Positions 62,856 through 64,000 of a stretch of DNA of 64,000 nucleotides are shown in pieces. How positions within the stretch are numbered: position 1 is the stretch's first letter; each line of letters begins with the position of its first letter. The DNA lies in the NCBI GenBank assembly GCA_964291675.2, contig OZ219865.1:480001-544000 (forward strand), given 5' to 3'. The position numbers were made by a program, and so were the translations under genes. A model generated the notes under the pieces. That model was given only the letters and a program-made list of their open reading frames with translations. It ran no database searches and was not told the DNA's origin. The stretch comes from Alphaproteobacteria bacterium (GTDB lineage Bacteria; Pseudomonadota; Alphaproteobacteria; MPNO01).

Positions 62856-63596
62856 TCAGCTCAGCGCGTCGGGCGGCAGGTCCAGCGCCTTCGCGATGGC
62901 GCTCCGCGTCTTGGGCGCGCCGCGATGCCGGCCCGTCTCGATATGCGACAAATAGGCGTGACTAATTCCGGCGGCGTCGGCAAGCTCTCTTATGGTCATG
63001 CCGCGGCGCCGCCGGCAGGCCCTGATCGGGCTCTCGTCGGATGCCGGGCGGGAAATGGCGTGCGGAAGAAGCAGCGCCGCGCCGGCCCCGGAGATCCGCT
63101 CGGCCACAGCCTCGTCGGCGGGGGCGGCCGGGACGTCGGGTCCGGCGACGAGGGTGAAATCGGGCGCCAGGGGAGAGCCGGCGATCTGCCACAACCGCAT
63201 CTCGACGGCGAAACAGCGAAGCGCGCCGTCGCCGAGCCGGTTCAGGTCCCTGACCACCTCGCGGTGTTCCTCGTGGAACCGGGTGGCGAGCCAGACCGCG
63301 CAGGCCGGCAGCCTGAGGGCATAGGTCAGGACCTGGCCGAGATGGGAGTGGTCGCTGAGCCCGAGCTGGGCCTCGATCACCACCGCTTCGCCGGTGGGGC
63401 GGTCGCGGCACAGGAGGTCGGCGCGGAACCGCCCGACATGGGTCTCCCGGGCCAGCGGCTCCAGATCGAAGCGCAGGGCGAGGCCGAGGCGCCGCAGGTT
63501 CTCCTCCTCCGTGAGCCAGGGGACGAATTCGCCCGGCTCGCTCTGCCAGACGGTTGCCGGCACGACGTGTTCGAGTTGTCCGAAAGACCTGTCCAT
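62856..63596 (-). CDS. PD-(D/E)xK-like nuclease domain (DUF4268-associated/NucS-like) fused to C-terminal XRE HTH
   Basis: VW..E..EF.PWL, VGRFRADLL, VIEAQL..SDHSHLGQVLTYA; RGMTIRELADAAGISHAYLSHIETG. Confidence 0.78.
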   Translation of the reverse strand: MDRSFGQLEHVVPATVWQSEPGEFVPWLTEEENLRRLGLALRFDLEPLARETHVGRFRADLLCRDRPTGEAVVIEAQLGLSDHSHLGQVLTYALRLPACAVWLATRFHEEHREVVRDLNRLGDGALRCFAVEMRLWQIAGSPLAPDFTLVAGPDVPAAPADEAVAERISGAGAALLLPHAISRPASDESPIRACRRRRGMTIRELADAAGISHAYLSHIETGRHRGAPKTRSAIAKALDLPPDALS

Positions 63597-63632
63597 CGGG
63601 GCGGTGCTCCGTTGTTCGGGGTTGCGGGCACG

Positions 63633-63661
63633 AAAAAGGGCGCCGGCAGCTCCGGCGCCCT
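63633..63661 (-). terminator. Intrinsic terminator in the leader of the nuclease-XRE gene
   Basis: 10-bp stem AGGGCGCCGG / CCGGCGCCCT with a T5 run on the minus strand. Confidence 0.7.
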
Positions 63662-63678
63662 ATTTCTCGACTGTGGTA

Positions 63679-63707
63679 AATCTACACCAAAACGCGTCCC
63701 ATGTCAA
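63679..63707 (-). promoter_or_regulatory. Sigma70-type promoter
   Basis: Minus strand TTGACA, 17 nt, TAGATT, with an A-tract upstream. Confidence 0.7.
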
Positions 63708-63725
63708 GTAGTTTTTTTCTTATTA

Positions 63726-63812
63726 CGTCATGACCGGGCTCGTTCCGGCCATCCATGCCGCCAGCGAGGCGACGCCCATGGATGCCCGGATCAAGTCCAC
63801 TGCTGTCCGGTT
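63726..63812. repeat. REP-like element of the 43.4-44.1 kb family
   Basis: CGTCATGACCGG...ATGGATGCCCGGATCAAGTCCACTGCTGTCCGGTT. Confidence 0.75.
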
Positions 63813-64000
63813 GCCGTGAAACAGTTTCGGTGGGGGCGCGCGAGGGCCCCATCCAACGCCGGGAGGGAGTTGGCTGAGATCGCCGGAAGGGGGCGGCGAG
63901 ACGAGCGGTGGACTTCCCCGATGTGGCCCGAAGCGGTCCCGCGCGGCGGTCCGGCGTTATGCGGGCCGGTCAGGTGGCCTTGGGTTCGGCGCGCCGGGGT

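Overview
High-GC alphaproteobacterial chromosome segment. Bases 1-27.5 kb and 28.9-35.6 kb are conserved core genes: pyrG-kdsA-eno-ftsB, pdhABC-lpdA-lipA, ispDF, dusB-ntrYX-trkA-hfq-hflX, CIRCE-groESL, mazG, tatD-metG-holB-tmk-rlpA-mltB. The window appears to contain the replication terminus: a dif-like 28-mer at 27580-27607, where KOPS octamers and the predominant gene orientation both reverse. Next to it is a decayed rolling-circle (HUH) Rep gene and a second partial dif arm, possibly a fossil Xer-integrated element. ntrB is absent from this locus and ntrC is reduced to a degenerate receiver plus Fis-like HTH. The accessory half (35.7-64 kb) holds a BrnT toxin whose antitoxin-like peptide is fused to a sacsin-type GHKL ATPase, an Atm1-type ABC exporter, a Rieske oxygenase, a secreted tandem-Cache protein, REP clusters and VapBC. 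It also holds a roughly 10 kb MITE-bracketed defence island (IS256-split Type III mod, AbiJ-like gene, res), three tandem self-promoted membrane-anchored coiled-coil genes with variable 7/11-residue modules, and a nuclease-XRE fusion behind a promoter and leader terminator. All family assignments come from motif recognition by eye; no searches were run.
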